64,000 bases of DNA from an uncultured Gammaproteobacteria bacterium (lineage in GTDB: Bacteria; Patescibacteriota; Microgenomatia; JAMCZE01): assembly GCA_964641255.1 (NCBI GenBank), contig CAZXMM010000001.1:79757-143756 (forward strand), read 5' to 3'. This document shows positions 28,880 to 38,066 of the stretch, piece after piece. The notes under the pieces were generated by a model that made no database searches, was not told the origin of the DNA, and saw only the letters and a list, made by a program, of their open reading frames with translations. How positions within the stretch are numbered: position 1 is the stretch's first letter; each line of letters opens with the position of its first letter. Made by a program: the position numbers and the translations under genes.

Positions 28880-29563
28880 CTATGACGCGGTACTGTTACT
28901 ATTACTTGTCTTCGTAGTCACGGGGGGTGGGGTAGGACTAGCAGCGGTGCGGTGATTGTAGATATCATGAAACAGGTCGATTAATTCCACAGTAGTTAGT
29001 TGTCTAGCCCGAAGCCCCAGTCGTCCGAGCTGTCTTAAAATATGATCCCGCTTGGGTAGTAGTGCGGTTTTAGCTTTTTCGACAATAGTTTCGGCCGGGA
29101 GTGGAAGACCGGTCGTTTTTTTCTTAAATAGTCCGCCGGCGCTGGAAGCCACCCCAAGCTCCAAAAAGCTAAAAGGAATGGCAATGTAAAATTTTTTATC
29201 GAGCACGTTGTTATTTTTTACTGTATTTGCAATGAAATCGCGATATTTTGCGATCTGATCAGCCAGGAGAGGATTTTTTTGTTTTTCTCGAGCCTCTTCA
29301 AGGAGAGCCATATAGGCTGAAACATCCTTTTGTTGGCTACGTACCACAATTTGAATGGAAAAATTGAGCGAGTTTAATAGACCAGCGTAAGCGTAGATAA
29401 TCGACTCCTGTTCTTGTTCTGACAGCAGGCCAAAATTAACCGCCGACACGGCAATTATTAGAGCCACCGAGCCGTCTTTGATGATAACCAGGTCGTCAAC
29501 AATATCCGCCACCTGCAGATGATCTTGTGTAGTTCCTTTAATAGCTATTTTAGTTACATCCAT
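28880..29563 (-). CDS. VirB4-associated (TraC N-terminal-like) protein
   Basis: VNFGLLSEQEQESIIYAYAGLLNSLNFSIQI; located between prgI-like and virB4. Confidence 0.7.
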   Translation of the reverse strand: MDVTKIAIKGTTQDHLQVADIVDDLVIIKDGSVALIIAVSAVNFGLLSEQEQESIIYAYAGLLNSLNFSIQIVVRSQQKDVSAYMALLEEAREKQKNPLLADQIAKYRDFIANTVKNNNVLDKKFYIAIPFSFLELGVASSAGGLFKKKTTGLPLPAETIVEKAKTALLPKRDHILRQLGRLGLRARQLTTVELIDLFHDIYNHRTAASPTPPPVTTKTSNSNSTAS

Positions 29564-29577
29564 ATGCGCTAGCGTTA

Positions 29578-30834
29578 CTAGGTTACCGCTATCTTGGGTT
29601 TGATTTCTAGTGGTGGCATGACCCCACCACTGAGAGTAATTTCCAACAGATCAAAATTAAAATTCTGTTTTTCCAGCTCTAAATAGTAGGTACCATTCTC
29701 TAGGGGAGTGCTCCCGATAAACTGGCCGACCTTGTTAGCTTTAAGTGCCCGAATCGAATTGCCGGCTTTGTCTTTGATGATAATGATGGTTCCGTCAATT
29801 GGGTTATTGTTTTGGTCGAGGACCACCCCGTTTATGACATTAGGTATTTCTGTAAGAGTGATGGGGGTAGGAGGCTTGATCACCTTATCGACTACCCGAA
29901 TCTGAGGTGGGCGGCGTTCAATAACTGGCATTTGATAGGCAGTAGTAGTTAGTGGGGCAACTCGCTGGCTGGTAATTTGCGACCGAAGGTTGGTTATTTG
30001 GCTGCTCAGTTTGCTCTTTTCTAGAGTCAAGGCGTCTAATTTTTCTTGCTCTCGGGGCGATAGTTTACCTACCAAAACCAGACTGTTTTTAAGCTCGTCA
30101 ATTTGCATCATCAGCGCCTTGCTTTGGTTGACAAGCTCGTCAACTAGCGCCTCGTTCTTAGTCAGTTCTGAGGCGTTCTTCTCGAGTTTTTCCGCCGAGG
30201 TGGCACGACGTCTTGCCTCCAAAGCGTCAATTGTCACCACCTCCTTAGGGGGAATGTTGTCCTTTGGCTCATTTAATTTTTCCTGACGGATTTTTTCTAG
30301 GGCATCGATAGACACAATGGTTTGTCTCGACAAGTCCTCTTGAACCGGTGGGGTTACTGGGGTGGTATCAGTAAGAGGTAGGGTCGTGCGGTTGGCCATT
30401 AATTGTTGTACGTTGATTTCTCCACCACCCTCAGGTGGTTTTGGGGCGCTAGTGTTTTGTGGTTGGGCCATAGTAATCGGTGTAAAGTTTAATTGCGGGG
30501 CGCTGGGTAATGATTTTTTTTCAGTTGGAGCTGCTGTTTTGGAACCTTGTCGTTTCCAAATATAGACAGTTGGTTTATAGATAGCTCTAAAAAAATTAAC
30601 CAACCAAATGTCTAGTGGCCTTTCTTCGATGGGCAAAAAGGCCAGAGCGACCCCAAAGAGGGCAAAAAAGATGGCGAAGGGATACTTAAGAACCGGATGC
30701 CAATTGGCAATATAGAAAACATAAGCCAGTATGGCCCCACCAGCTAGTTCTCCAAACTGTTTGAGGGTCATGTCACCGACCAGTTTGAACTTAAATCCAG
30801 TAATGTCTTGGGGGACAGCGTGTTGTTCCATCAA
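29578..30834 (-). CDS. PrgI family protein with coiled coil and C-terminal carboxypeptidase-regulatory-like beta domain
   Basis: HAVPQDITGFKFKLVGDMTLKQF, two TMs, ERPLD.W; C-terminal INGVVLDQNNNPI...GQF. Confidence 0.8.
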   Translation of the reverse strand: MMEQHAVPQDITGFKFKLVGDMTLKQFGELAGGAILAYVFYIANWHPVLKYPFAIFFALFGVALAFLPIEERPLDIWLVNFFRAIYKPTVYIWKRQGSKTAAPTEKKSLPSAPQLNFTPITMAQPQNTSAPKPPEGGGEINVQQLMANRTTLPLTDTTPVTPPVQEDLSRQTIVSIDALEKIRQEKLNEPKDNIPPKEVVTIDALEARRRATSAEKLEKNASELTKNEALVDELVNQSKALMMQIDELKNSLVLVGKLSPREQEKLDALTLEKSKLSSQITNLRSQITSQRVAPLTTTAYQMPVIERRPPQIRVVDKVIKPPTPITLTEIPNVINGVVLDQNNNPIDGTIIIIKDKAGNSIRALKANKVGQFIGSTPLENGTYYLELEKQNFNFDLLEITLSGGVMPPLEIKPKIAVT

Positions 30835-30982
30835 TAATTACCCGAACGATGATTCTCCCTCAGGCGAAGAAATACAGTGGTCGGGCAGTACTAAAATATC
30901 GTTATTCTTAGACTATCCTAACAACCCAAATATGAAAAACAAGGGGCGGAGATTTTCACAAAGTAATATAATACCTTTATCG

Positions 30983-31423
30983 ATGAACGAAGACTGTTTC
31001 CACCTGGGCGTAAAAGCGTTAATTAGGAACTTGTCTGGGAAGATCCTCCTGTTGAAGGTTAACCCGGCTCAGTTAAAAAATTATTCGGGGGAAGCCTATT
31101 GGGACATTCCAGGAGGCAGAGTCCAAAGAGGGGCGTCAGTGGAAGAAACTTTAAGACGCGAGGTTGAAGAAGAAACTGGGATTACCAACATTAAAGCCAC
31201 CAAACTCGTAGCTACCATACTTTCAAATATAAGGATTCCGGTACAAAACGGTGACGTGGGACTTCTCCTTTCTGTTTATAGTTGTCAGTTGAGCGAAGAG
31301 CCAAGTACAATTAGGTTAAGCGGCGAACACACTGAAGCGGGGTGGTTTTTCCCGAAAGAGGCGTCGGAGCTATTAAAAGTGAAATACCCCGAGGAGTTTA
31401 CCGATATGGTTGCCATTTTATAA
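30983..31423 (+). CDS. NUDIX hydrolase
   Basis: Nudix box PGGRVQRGASVEETLRREVEEETGI. Start moved to ATG 30983 to avoid overlapping the prgI-like gene. Confidence 0.88.
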   Translation: MNEDCFHLGVKALIRNLSGKILLLKVNPAQLKNYSGEAYWDIPGGRVQRGASVEETLRREVEEETGITNIKATKLVATILSNIRIPVQNGDVGLLLSVYSCQLSEEPSTIRLSGEHTEAGWFFPKEASELLKVKYPEEFTDMVAIL

Positions 31424-31466
31424 TCATTCGGTGGGAACGCTTCGGGTGTGGGACTATTAGCCCGAC

Positions 31467-32696
31467 TTAATTAACCAAAAAGATGGCAATTGCCCCGGTT
31501 GCCATTATGACGAGAGCAACTACGGTAAGCAGGTTAGTCCACAACCCATTTTTGTAAGTTCCCATAATTTTTGAATTATTGGCTATTAAAAGCAGGAGTG
31601 CGATCATAACGGGGGACACTAGCCCATTTAAAACCGCCGAGTAAAAGAGATAGGTGATGGGGGAGATACCAATCAGATTGAGAAGAAAACCCAGTAGTGT
31701 TGAGCTAATAATAATGATGTAAAACCCTGGCGCCTGCTTAAACTTCTTATTGAGTCCTTCATGAAAGCCAAAGGTTTCTGATAAGGCGTAACTTGCTGAT
31801 CCCGCCAGAACCGGGATAGCGAGCATTCCCGTCCCCACAATTCCCACCGCAAACAGGACAAAGGCGAGGTCTCCGGCTAGTGGACGAAGGGCGGCGGCGG
31901 CGTCAGCCGCTGAGGTAATGGTATGTTGACCAGCTGCAAAAAGAGTAGCAGCGGTGGTGGCGATGATGAAATACATAATGAGATTGGAAATGAACATACC
32001 AATAACCGTGTCCTTTTGTTCGGCTCGAATCCCCATCCTGGTGACGTGTCTATGTTGGAATATTTCCGTTTGGGCTTCGTCGCTAGTCTGCCAGAAAAAT
32101 AAGTAAGGAGAAATGGTGGTGCCAAAGATGGCAAGTACAGTAAGGACAAAGTCTCTATTTGGGGTGAGGGTTGGTAAAAGTGTACTGGTAATAATCGCTC
32201 CATAGTCATGGTTGATAAGGAAAAAAGTGACCACATAGGCAAAGAGAGCCAGGGTGAGCCACTTAAAGACCACCACAATTTTTCCGTACTGGAGCTTGAT
32301 AATAAGATAGATGATAAGACAGGAAAGCACTAGAGTTACTGGGAGAATGGGTAGGGGGACGAGGAGATTAATGGCGGCTGCCATGCCTGACAAATTGGCT
32401 CCAATGTTAAAAGTGTTGGCCACAAACAAGAGTCCACTCAAGACTATGACTATAGGTTTGGGGTAGTGGTCCTTGGCGATTTGGGCCAGCCCTTTTTTAG
32501 TAACGAGTCCAATTCGACCACAGGTTTCTTGAACCGCCGCCATGAGGGGGAAAGTAAAAATAGCCGTCCATAAAAACCCATAGCCAAACCGGGCTCCGGT
32601 TATAGAGTATGTGGCTATCCCTGAGGGGTCGTCATCAGCTGCTCCGGTAATTAGTCCCGGTCCCAGACGCGCTAGGAATTTTTTTAGACCTTTCAT
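31467..32696 (-). CDS. NRAMP family divalent metal transporter
   Basis: GPGLITGAADDDPSGIATYS, GTTISPYLFFWQ. Confidence 0.9.
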   Translation of the reverse strand: MKGLKKFLARLGPGLITGAADDDPSGIATYSITGARFGYGFLWTAIFTFPLMAAVQETCGRIGLVTKKGLAQIAKDHYPKPIVIVLSGLLFVANTFNIGANLSGMAAAINLLVPLPILPVTLVLSCLIIYLIIKLQYGKIVVVFKWLTLALFAYVVTFFLINHDYGAIITSTLLPTLTPNRDFVLTVLAIFGTTISPYLFFWQTSDEAQTEIFQHRHVTRMGIRAEQKDTVIGMFISNLIMYFIIATTAATLFAAGQHTITSAADAAAALRPLAGDLAFVLFAVGIVGTGMLAIPVLAGSASYALSETFGFHEGLNKKFKQAPGFYIIIISSTLLGFLLNLIGISPITYLFYSAVLNGLVSPVMIALLLLIANNSKIMGTYKNGLWTNLLTVVALVIMATGAIAIFLVN

Positions 32697-32710
32697 TATA
32701 AGAAATAATT

Positions 32711-33745
32711 CTACTGTACCCTAGGATCACTAGCCAGGGGTTGGGCATTTTCCCAATCGGCGGCAAATTGTTCTACCATGATTAAAACAGCGCTAACATC
32801 ACGGAAAATAATTCCCAGCTCTCTATTTTCGTCCAAACTATTAGTGGTCATGTTAATAGATCCAAGATAGGCCCGCTCCCCATCGATAATGGCTGCCTTG
32901 GCGTGGAGGTAGGGCTTAGTAAAAGTTCGGACTTCCACCCCTGCGTTTACTAATTCATAAGCACTTCGACTGTTAGCTGGGATCTGCTCTAAGCTTGGAA
33001 GTAAGACTCTCACAGAAGTCTCCTTGTGTTTAGCTTGGAGAATAGTCATTATCTGAGGATCATCGATGACCTCAGTAACAAGATCGATACTTTGGCCGGC
33101 GGAATTAAAAAGTAATTCTAGCTTGGCTCGAGAGTTAATCGGGCTAAGTAGTAGATCACTGTTGTCAGTCGCGTCATAATTATTCCCAGTCCAGTCAGCG
33201 GTAAAAACGGCAGTGGCCTCTCTTAGACTACTAGCGTCAATTAGGCAGAGGTTGTATTCGCGGTTACTGATAAAGGCACTTTTTGTTAGGTTTTGGTTGA
33301 GGATACAGAGAATCTGACCATCAATTATTAGTGTCTTTTGGTGAGTAAAAGGAAAATCTTTACCCCCCCATTTAACTTCGATGTTAGCTTTTTCAAGTTC
33401 TGGTTTGATTTTACGGTTAAGATTACTCCCCCCAAAGGGATGTTCTTCGAGAATAACTTTAACATCCACTCCTCGACTGTCGGCTTCCTTTAGAGCGGCT
33501 ACAATTTCTGGATCGGATAATAAATACATAGTCATCCAGACGGATTGTTTAGCTGAGTGGACGTAGTCAAGTAGTGGTGAGGGGTCACTATCTGGTTCAA
33601 TAAATAGGTCTACTGGAGAAGCTAAGCCAAGAACATCACTCTGACTGTAGTGATAGTGTTTTTCGACTGGATAAGCCAAGGCCGCTACCACACTAAGAAT
33701 TCCGAAGAAGAAGAGATATAGAGCCATTTTTAGCTGGCGAGACAT
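32711..33745 (-). CDS. Phospholipase D family protein (two HKD motifs), N-terminal TM
   Basis: HQKTLIID and HAKAAIID, GSINMT..SLDENRELG. Confidence 0.88.
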   Translation of the reverse strand: MSRQLKMALYLFFFGILSVVAALAYPVEKHYHYSQSDVLGLASPVDLFIEPDSDPSPLLDYVHSAKQSVWMTMYLLSDPEIVAALKEADSRGVDVKVILEEHPFGGSNLNRKIKPELEKANIEVKWGGKDFPFTHQKTLIIDGQILCILNQNLTKSAFISNREYNLCLIDASSLREATAVFTADWTGNNYDATDNSDLLLSPINSRAKLELLFNSAGQSIDLVTEVIDDPQIMTILQAKHKETSVRVLLPSLEQIPANSRSAYELVNAGVEVRTFTKPYLHAKAAIIDGERAYLGSINMTTNSLDENRELGIIFRDVSAVLIMVEQFAADWENAQPLASDPRVQ

Positions 33746-33768
33746 ACCTGATGATACAATAGATTGCT

Positions 33769-34797
33769 ATGATTTTAAGTAGGCTCCACTCGCTTTTAAA
33801 ACGCCACTTCAAAAAGGTGGTTATTTTACTGGTTTGTCTTCTTGTGGGATTCTTCGGAGTGCGTCATTTTACCAAAGCTGCCGACCAAGCTATTTTAACG
33901 ACTAAAGTTAGTCGGGAAGACCTTAAAGAAACTTTGGTTCTGTCGGGCGAAGTCAGCGCTGAGCAGCAGGTGGTGCTGCGTTTTCAAACCTCTGGTTACT
34001 TGAGTTGGGTGGGGGTCAAAGAGGGAGACCCTGTCAAGAAATGGCAAGCCCTCGCTTCATTAGATCGGCGAGGGGTGGAGATGCAGTTAAAAAAGGACCT
34101 AAACGACTATTTGAGTGAGCGCTGGGATTTAGACCAGACTCGAGAGGACAATAGGGACAATGTTTATACCGATTCAGTCAAACGCCTTATTGATCAGGCT
34201 CAGTTTGGGGTTAATAACTCTGTTTTGGATGTACAAATCCAGGATCTGGCTTTACAATTTTCTAGTCTTTGGAGTCCAATTGACGGCATTGTTACCAAAA
34301 TGGCGGCTCCCTTTGCCGGGGTGAATGTTACTCCCAGCCAATCTGAGATCCAAGTCGTTAACCCGGCCACTCTTTACTTTTCGGCACTAGTTGACCAGAC
34401 CGAGCTTACAAGCCTAGCGGCTAGTATGGCTGGCGAACTCACTTTAGACGCGTTTCCCAACGAAGTAGTTAGGGGTAATATTTATGCTATTGCGTTTTCT
34501 CCAAAAGCTGGCGAAAGCGACACGGTTTACGAAGTTAAATTTTCCTTACCCCAAAGTGGGGCGGCTCAACACTACCGCTTGGGAATGACTGGGGACTTGA
34601 GTTTTGAGATTGCCAGTAAGACAGGTGTTTTGGTGGTTCCCCCGAAATTTATCAAATCAGAGAAAGGTAAAAAATATTTACTGGTTCTGCGGGGAGACCA
34701 AAAGACTAAGGTTTTTGTTGAGCTAGGAATGGAAACTGACGAGGCCACGGAGGTTACTGGTGGTATATTTGAGGGCGACACTATCTACGAAAACTAA
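33769..34797 (+). CDS. MacA-like membrane fusion/adaptor protein
   Basis: N-terminal TM; VKEGDPVKKWQALASLD, SPIDGIV; in an operon with an ABC pair. Confidence 0.85.
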   Translation: MILSRLHSLLKRHFKKVVILLVCLLVGFFGVRHFTKAADQAILTTKVSREDLKETLVLSGEVSAEQQVVLRFQTSGYLSWVGVKEGDPVKKWQALASLDRRGVEMQLKKDLNDYLSERWDLDQTREDNRDNVYTDSVKRLIDQAQFGVNNSVLDVQIQDLALQFSSLWSPIDGIVTKMAAPFAGVNVTPSQSEIQVVNPATLYFSALVDQTELTSLAASMAGELTLDAFPNEVVRGNIYAIAFSPKAGESDTVYEVKFSLPQSGAAQHYRLGMTGDLSFEIASKTGVLVVPPKFIKSEKGKKYLLVLRGDQKTKVFVELGMETDEATEVTGGIFEGDTIYEN

Positions 34798-35471
34798 TGA
34801 TTCGTTTACAAAATGTTTACAAAACTTATAAATTGGAGGGCGAAGATTTTAGCGCTCTGAAAAACATTACACTAGAAATCAAAGAGCGGGAGTTTAGTGC
34901 TATTGTTGGTCCTTCTGGGTCGGGCAAGTCTACCCTAATGCACATTATTGGGTTGTTGGATCAGCCCTCATCGGGTAAAGTGGTAATGGCGGACAAAGAC
35001 GTCTCGACACTGTCTGATGACGAACTTTCTCGGGTACGCAACGAGTATGTTGGTTTTGTCTTCCAGCAGTTTAATCTTATCAATAAGCTCACCGTATTAG
35101 AAAATGTATTGCTCCCCACTATCTACCACCGTCAAGGAAGTGGTGGCGATTTTACTACCAGAGCAGTAGAACTATTGACCCGTTTTGGGATTGCTTCTAA
35201 AGCTAAGTCGTACCCCAACAAAATTTCCGGCGGCCAGCAACAGCGAGTGGCTATAGCCCGGGCTCTCATAATGAACCCTAAATTAATTTTGGCCGACGAG
35301 CCTACAGGTAATTTGGATACTAAAACTGGTGATACCATAATCGCTTTACTGGAGGAGCTAAACAAAACTGAAAAAGTTACCGTGGTTATTGTAACCCACG
35401 AGCTAGACGTTGCTCGGCGAACCAAAAGACAAATTTATGTTAGGGATGGCCAAATTGTTAGCACCCCATGA
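34797..35471 (+). CDS. ABC transporter ATP-binding protein (MacB/LolD type)
   Basis: [35 protein letters not shown]. Confidence 0.95.
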   Translation: MIRLQNVYKTYKLEGEDFSALKNITLEIKEREFSAIVGPSGSGKSTLMHIIGLLDQPSSGKVVMADKDVSTLSDDELSRVRNEYVGFVFQQFNLINKLTVLENVLLPTIYHRQGSGGDFTTRAVELLTRFGIASKAKSYPNKISGGQQQRVAIARALIMNPKLILADEPTGNLDTKTGDTIIALLEELNKTEKVTVVIVTHELDVARRTKRQIYVRDGQIVSTP

Positions 35472-36670
35472 ACTATCTTTTGTTTGTTATTAGGTCGGCT
35501 GTCGAAGATTTTCGTCGCAACAAAGTGCGTACCGCCCTGACGTCGCTGGGAATCTTAATCGGGGTAGCCTCAGTTGTTTTGTTGCTCGCTTTTGGTTTAG
35601 GATTAAAAAAATATATTCAAAACCAATTTGAGAGTCTAGGAACCAATTTAATCTATGTTCTTCCTGGTGGGGTGTTTCAAAATGGCGGTTTTAATGCCGA
35701 CGCTACGTTTGAATCGACTTTTGATGAAAAAGACGTCCGTAGCCTAGAGCGCTTGCCAAGCGTTAATTATATTGCCCCGGTCTATCAAAAAAATAGTTCA
35801 GTTTCCTATGGAGCCGAAGAAAAGTTTACCCCGGTTTTTCTGGCGACAGCAAAAGTGTTTACTGCTCTTAACCTGGAACCAACTGCTGGTAGGGTTTTTT
35901 CTGAGGTGGATTTAAACAAGCGGGCCAAAGTAGCGGTTATTGGTCCAACTCTGGCTACCGAGTTATTTGGCGATACGGAGACGGGAGTTGGCAAAACTAT
36001 TCAGGTGGGAGAGCAGGGTTTTAAGGTGGTAGGAGTCCTAAAAGCTAAAGGAGGAGGAGGGTTTGGAGGACCCAGTTTCGATACCTATGTTTACGTTCCT
36101 TACAAATCTGCGCCCAGTTTAAACCCAGCTAAAAAATTTCTCTCGATTTATGCTCAGGCAGTGGACAGTGATTCCATCAGTCAAGCCAAAGCGGAAATAA
36201 GTGAAGCACTTCTTAAGCGCTACGACAAAGACGACTTTTCAGTTATCGAATCAACGGAATTTTTGAATGCGATCAGTTCTATTTTTGGGGTGCTGAATTT
36301 GGTGTTAGTAGCCATCGCCGCCATCTCTCTTATTGTTGGGGGAATTGGTATCATGAATATCATGTACGTCTCGGTGATAGAGCGCATTCGGGAAATTGGT
36401 ATCCGGCGAGCCATTGGGGCTACTAGAAGAGACATCCTTTACCAGTTCTTAGCAGAATCGGTTATTTTATCCCTGCTTGGGGGACTACTTGGCCTGCTTC
36501 TTTCGTTTGGGGTGGTAGCCGCAATTCAACCATTTTTCCCTGCCTACATTGATGGTCTATCGGTGGCCATTGCCCTGGGGGTTTCCTCGGCCATAGGTAT
36601 TGTTTTTGGGGTGTTCCCGGCTCGCAAGGCCTCAGAGCTAAGTCCAATCGAGGCCATCAGGTATGAATAA
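35468..36670 (+). CDS. ABC transporter permease (MacB/FtsX type)
   Basis: RTALTSLGILIGVASV, GGIGIMNIMYVSVIERIREIGIRRAIGA, PARKAS.LSPIEAIRYE. Confidence 0.93.
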   Translation: MNYLLFVIRSAVEDFRRNKVRTALTSLGILIGVASVVLLLAFGLGLKKYIQNQFESLGTNLIYVLPGGVFQNGGFNADATFESTFDEKDVRSLERLPSVNYIAPVYQKNSSVSYGAEEKFTPVFLATAKVFTALNLEPTAGRVFSEVDLNKRAKVAVIGPTLATELFGDTETGVGKTIQVGEQGFKVVGVLKAKGGGGFGGPSFDTYVYVPYKSAPSLNPAKKFLSIYAQAVDSDSISQAKAEISEALLKRYDKDDFSVIESTEFLNAISSIFGVLNLVLVAIAAISLIVGGIGIMNIMYVSVIERIREIGIRRAIGATRRDILYQFLAESVILSLLGGLLGLLLSFGVVAAIQPFFPAYIDGLSVAIALGVSSAIGIVFGVFPARKASELSPIEAIRYE

Positions 36671-36704
36671 TCTAAGTAAGATATAAAATTTTGCTGAAAA
36701 GTAG

Positions 36705-38066
36705 ATGGCTAAGATTGCTTTCATTCATTATCGTTCGGGTGAGCGAGACGGCGTTTCGCTAGAGATTGAAAAGCGAAAAAAGGTTTTAGAGGAACTAGGG
36801 CACGAGGTGCTTCTTATCAGTGGTTTTGACCCCCGCTTTACTAAAGACGGAGCAGAGGGAATTTACTGCATCCCCAATTTAGATATCAAAAAGAGACTGG
36901 CAGCCTTTTTGCGAGAAACCTGTTTTCAGGAAAAAATCCTGGATAACACTCTTGCTTGGTTGTTGTTTCATTTTGAAGAAGGGTATATCTACGAACGATT
37001 GAGTAGGATCCTTCAGAAGACAAAACCGGATTTAGTCTTTGTTCATAATATTTTCAGTCACGCTTTCCACCTCCCGGCTACTCGGGCGCTTGTCGCTGCC
37101 TTTGAAACTCATTCGACAAAAGTTGTGGCTGTCCACCATGATTTTTTCTGGGAACGGTTCTTTTTCAATCGCCCCAAATATCGGTTTATAGCTGATATTA
37201 TTGCCAATTTGCCGCCTAAAAAAGACTTTATTGTCGAAGATCAGGTTATCAATTCACTAGCTAAAGAGGAGTTTGAAAAGCGACGGGGCGTAAAAACTCA
37301 CCAAATCCAAGACTACTTTGATTTTTCCCAACCACTTCCTGAAAAAGACGCTTTTAACGGTGACTTACCAGAAAAGATTGGAGCCGGTCCAAACGACCTA
37401 ATCATTCTTCAGGCCACCAGGATTACTGAGCGAAAGACCATCGAGAACGCTATTTTATTTGCCAGCGAGTTACAAAAGGCGATCGCTGGGTTGCGAGATG
37501 GGTTTGCGTTTTCGGATAAAGAAATCTCTTGTACTAGCAAGGTTTTTTTGCTGCTCCCCAATTTTATTGAGGCGGAGGCTATCCCCTATTTCCGTAAGCT
37601 CAAGCTGCTGGCCGAAGATCTAGAGGTTAACTTTGTTTGGCTAGGTGAGCAGTTTTCTCTCAATCGGCACAAAACCCCCGAAACTAAGCTCTATTCGTTT
37701 TGGGATGCCTACACTTATGCCGACCTAGTGACCTATACATCAGCCCTCGAAGGTTATGGCAACCAACTTCTGGAAGCGATGTGGGCCAAAAAACTCTTAG
37801 TTAACTTCGAATACCCCGTCTTCACTAAAGATATTAAGGCGCTGGGTCTTAAGTTAGTATCGCTAGGTAACAAAATGGTTCGCCGTAACGGTCTATCTTT
37901 TGTTCCTGGCCAAACAATTGCCAGAGCTGCCAGCGAGACTCTTACACTCTTGCGAGACGAAGATAGGCTTAAAAGCTGGACCGAGTTTAATTTTCAGTTG
38001 GCCAAGAAAAACAACGACATTTCCTTATTAAGAGAGGACCTAGAAAGACTACTCCTGCGGGCATAG
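36705..38066 (+). CDS. GT4 glycosyltransferase, mannosylglucosylglycerate synthase (MggS)-like
   Basis: N-terminus KIAFIHYRSGERDGVSLEIEK..VLEELGHEV resembles Thermotoga MggS as recalled; HHDFFWER, QATRI..RKTIE, EGYGNQLLEA. Confidence 0.75.
   Translation: MAKIAFIHYRSGERDGVSLEIEKRKKVLEELGHEVLLISGFDPRFTKDGAEGIYCIPNLDIKKRLAAFLRETCFQEKILDNTLAWLLFHFEEGYIYERLSRILQKTKPDLVFVHNIFSHAFHLPATRALVAAFETHSTKVVAVHHDFFWERFFFNRPKYRFIADIIANLPPKKDFIVEDQVINSLAKEEFEKRRGVKTHQIQDYFDFSQPLPEKDAFNGDLPEKIGAGPNDLIILQATRITERKTIENAILFASELQKAIAGLRDGFAFSDKEISCTSKVFLLLPNFIEAEAIPYFRKLKLLAEDLEVNFVWLGEQFSLNRHKTPETKLYSFWDAYTYADLVTYTSALEGYGNQLLEAMWAKKLLVNFEYPVFTKDIKALGLKLVSLGNKMVRRNGLSFVPGQTIARAASETLTLLRDEDRLKSWTEFNFQLAKKNNDISLLREDLERLLLRA

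Noticed and set aside
31440-31466. TCGGG...CCCGA hairpin between convergent NUDIX and NRAMP genes
   Set aside because: Short imperfect stem without a clear U tract; too weak to call a terminator.
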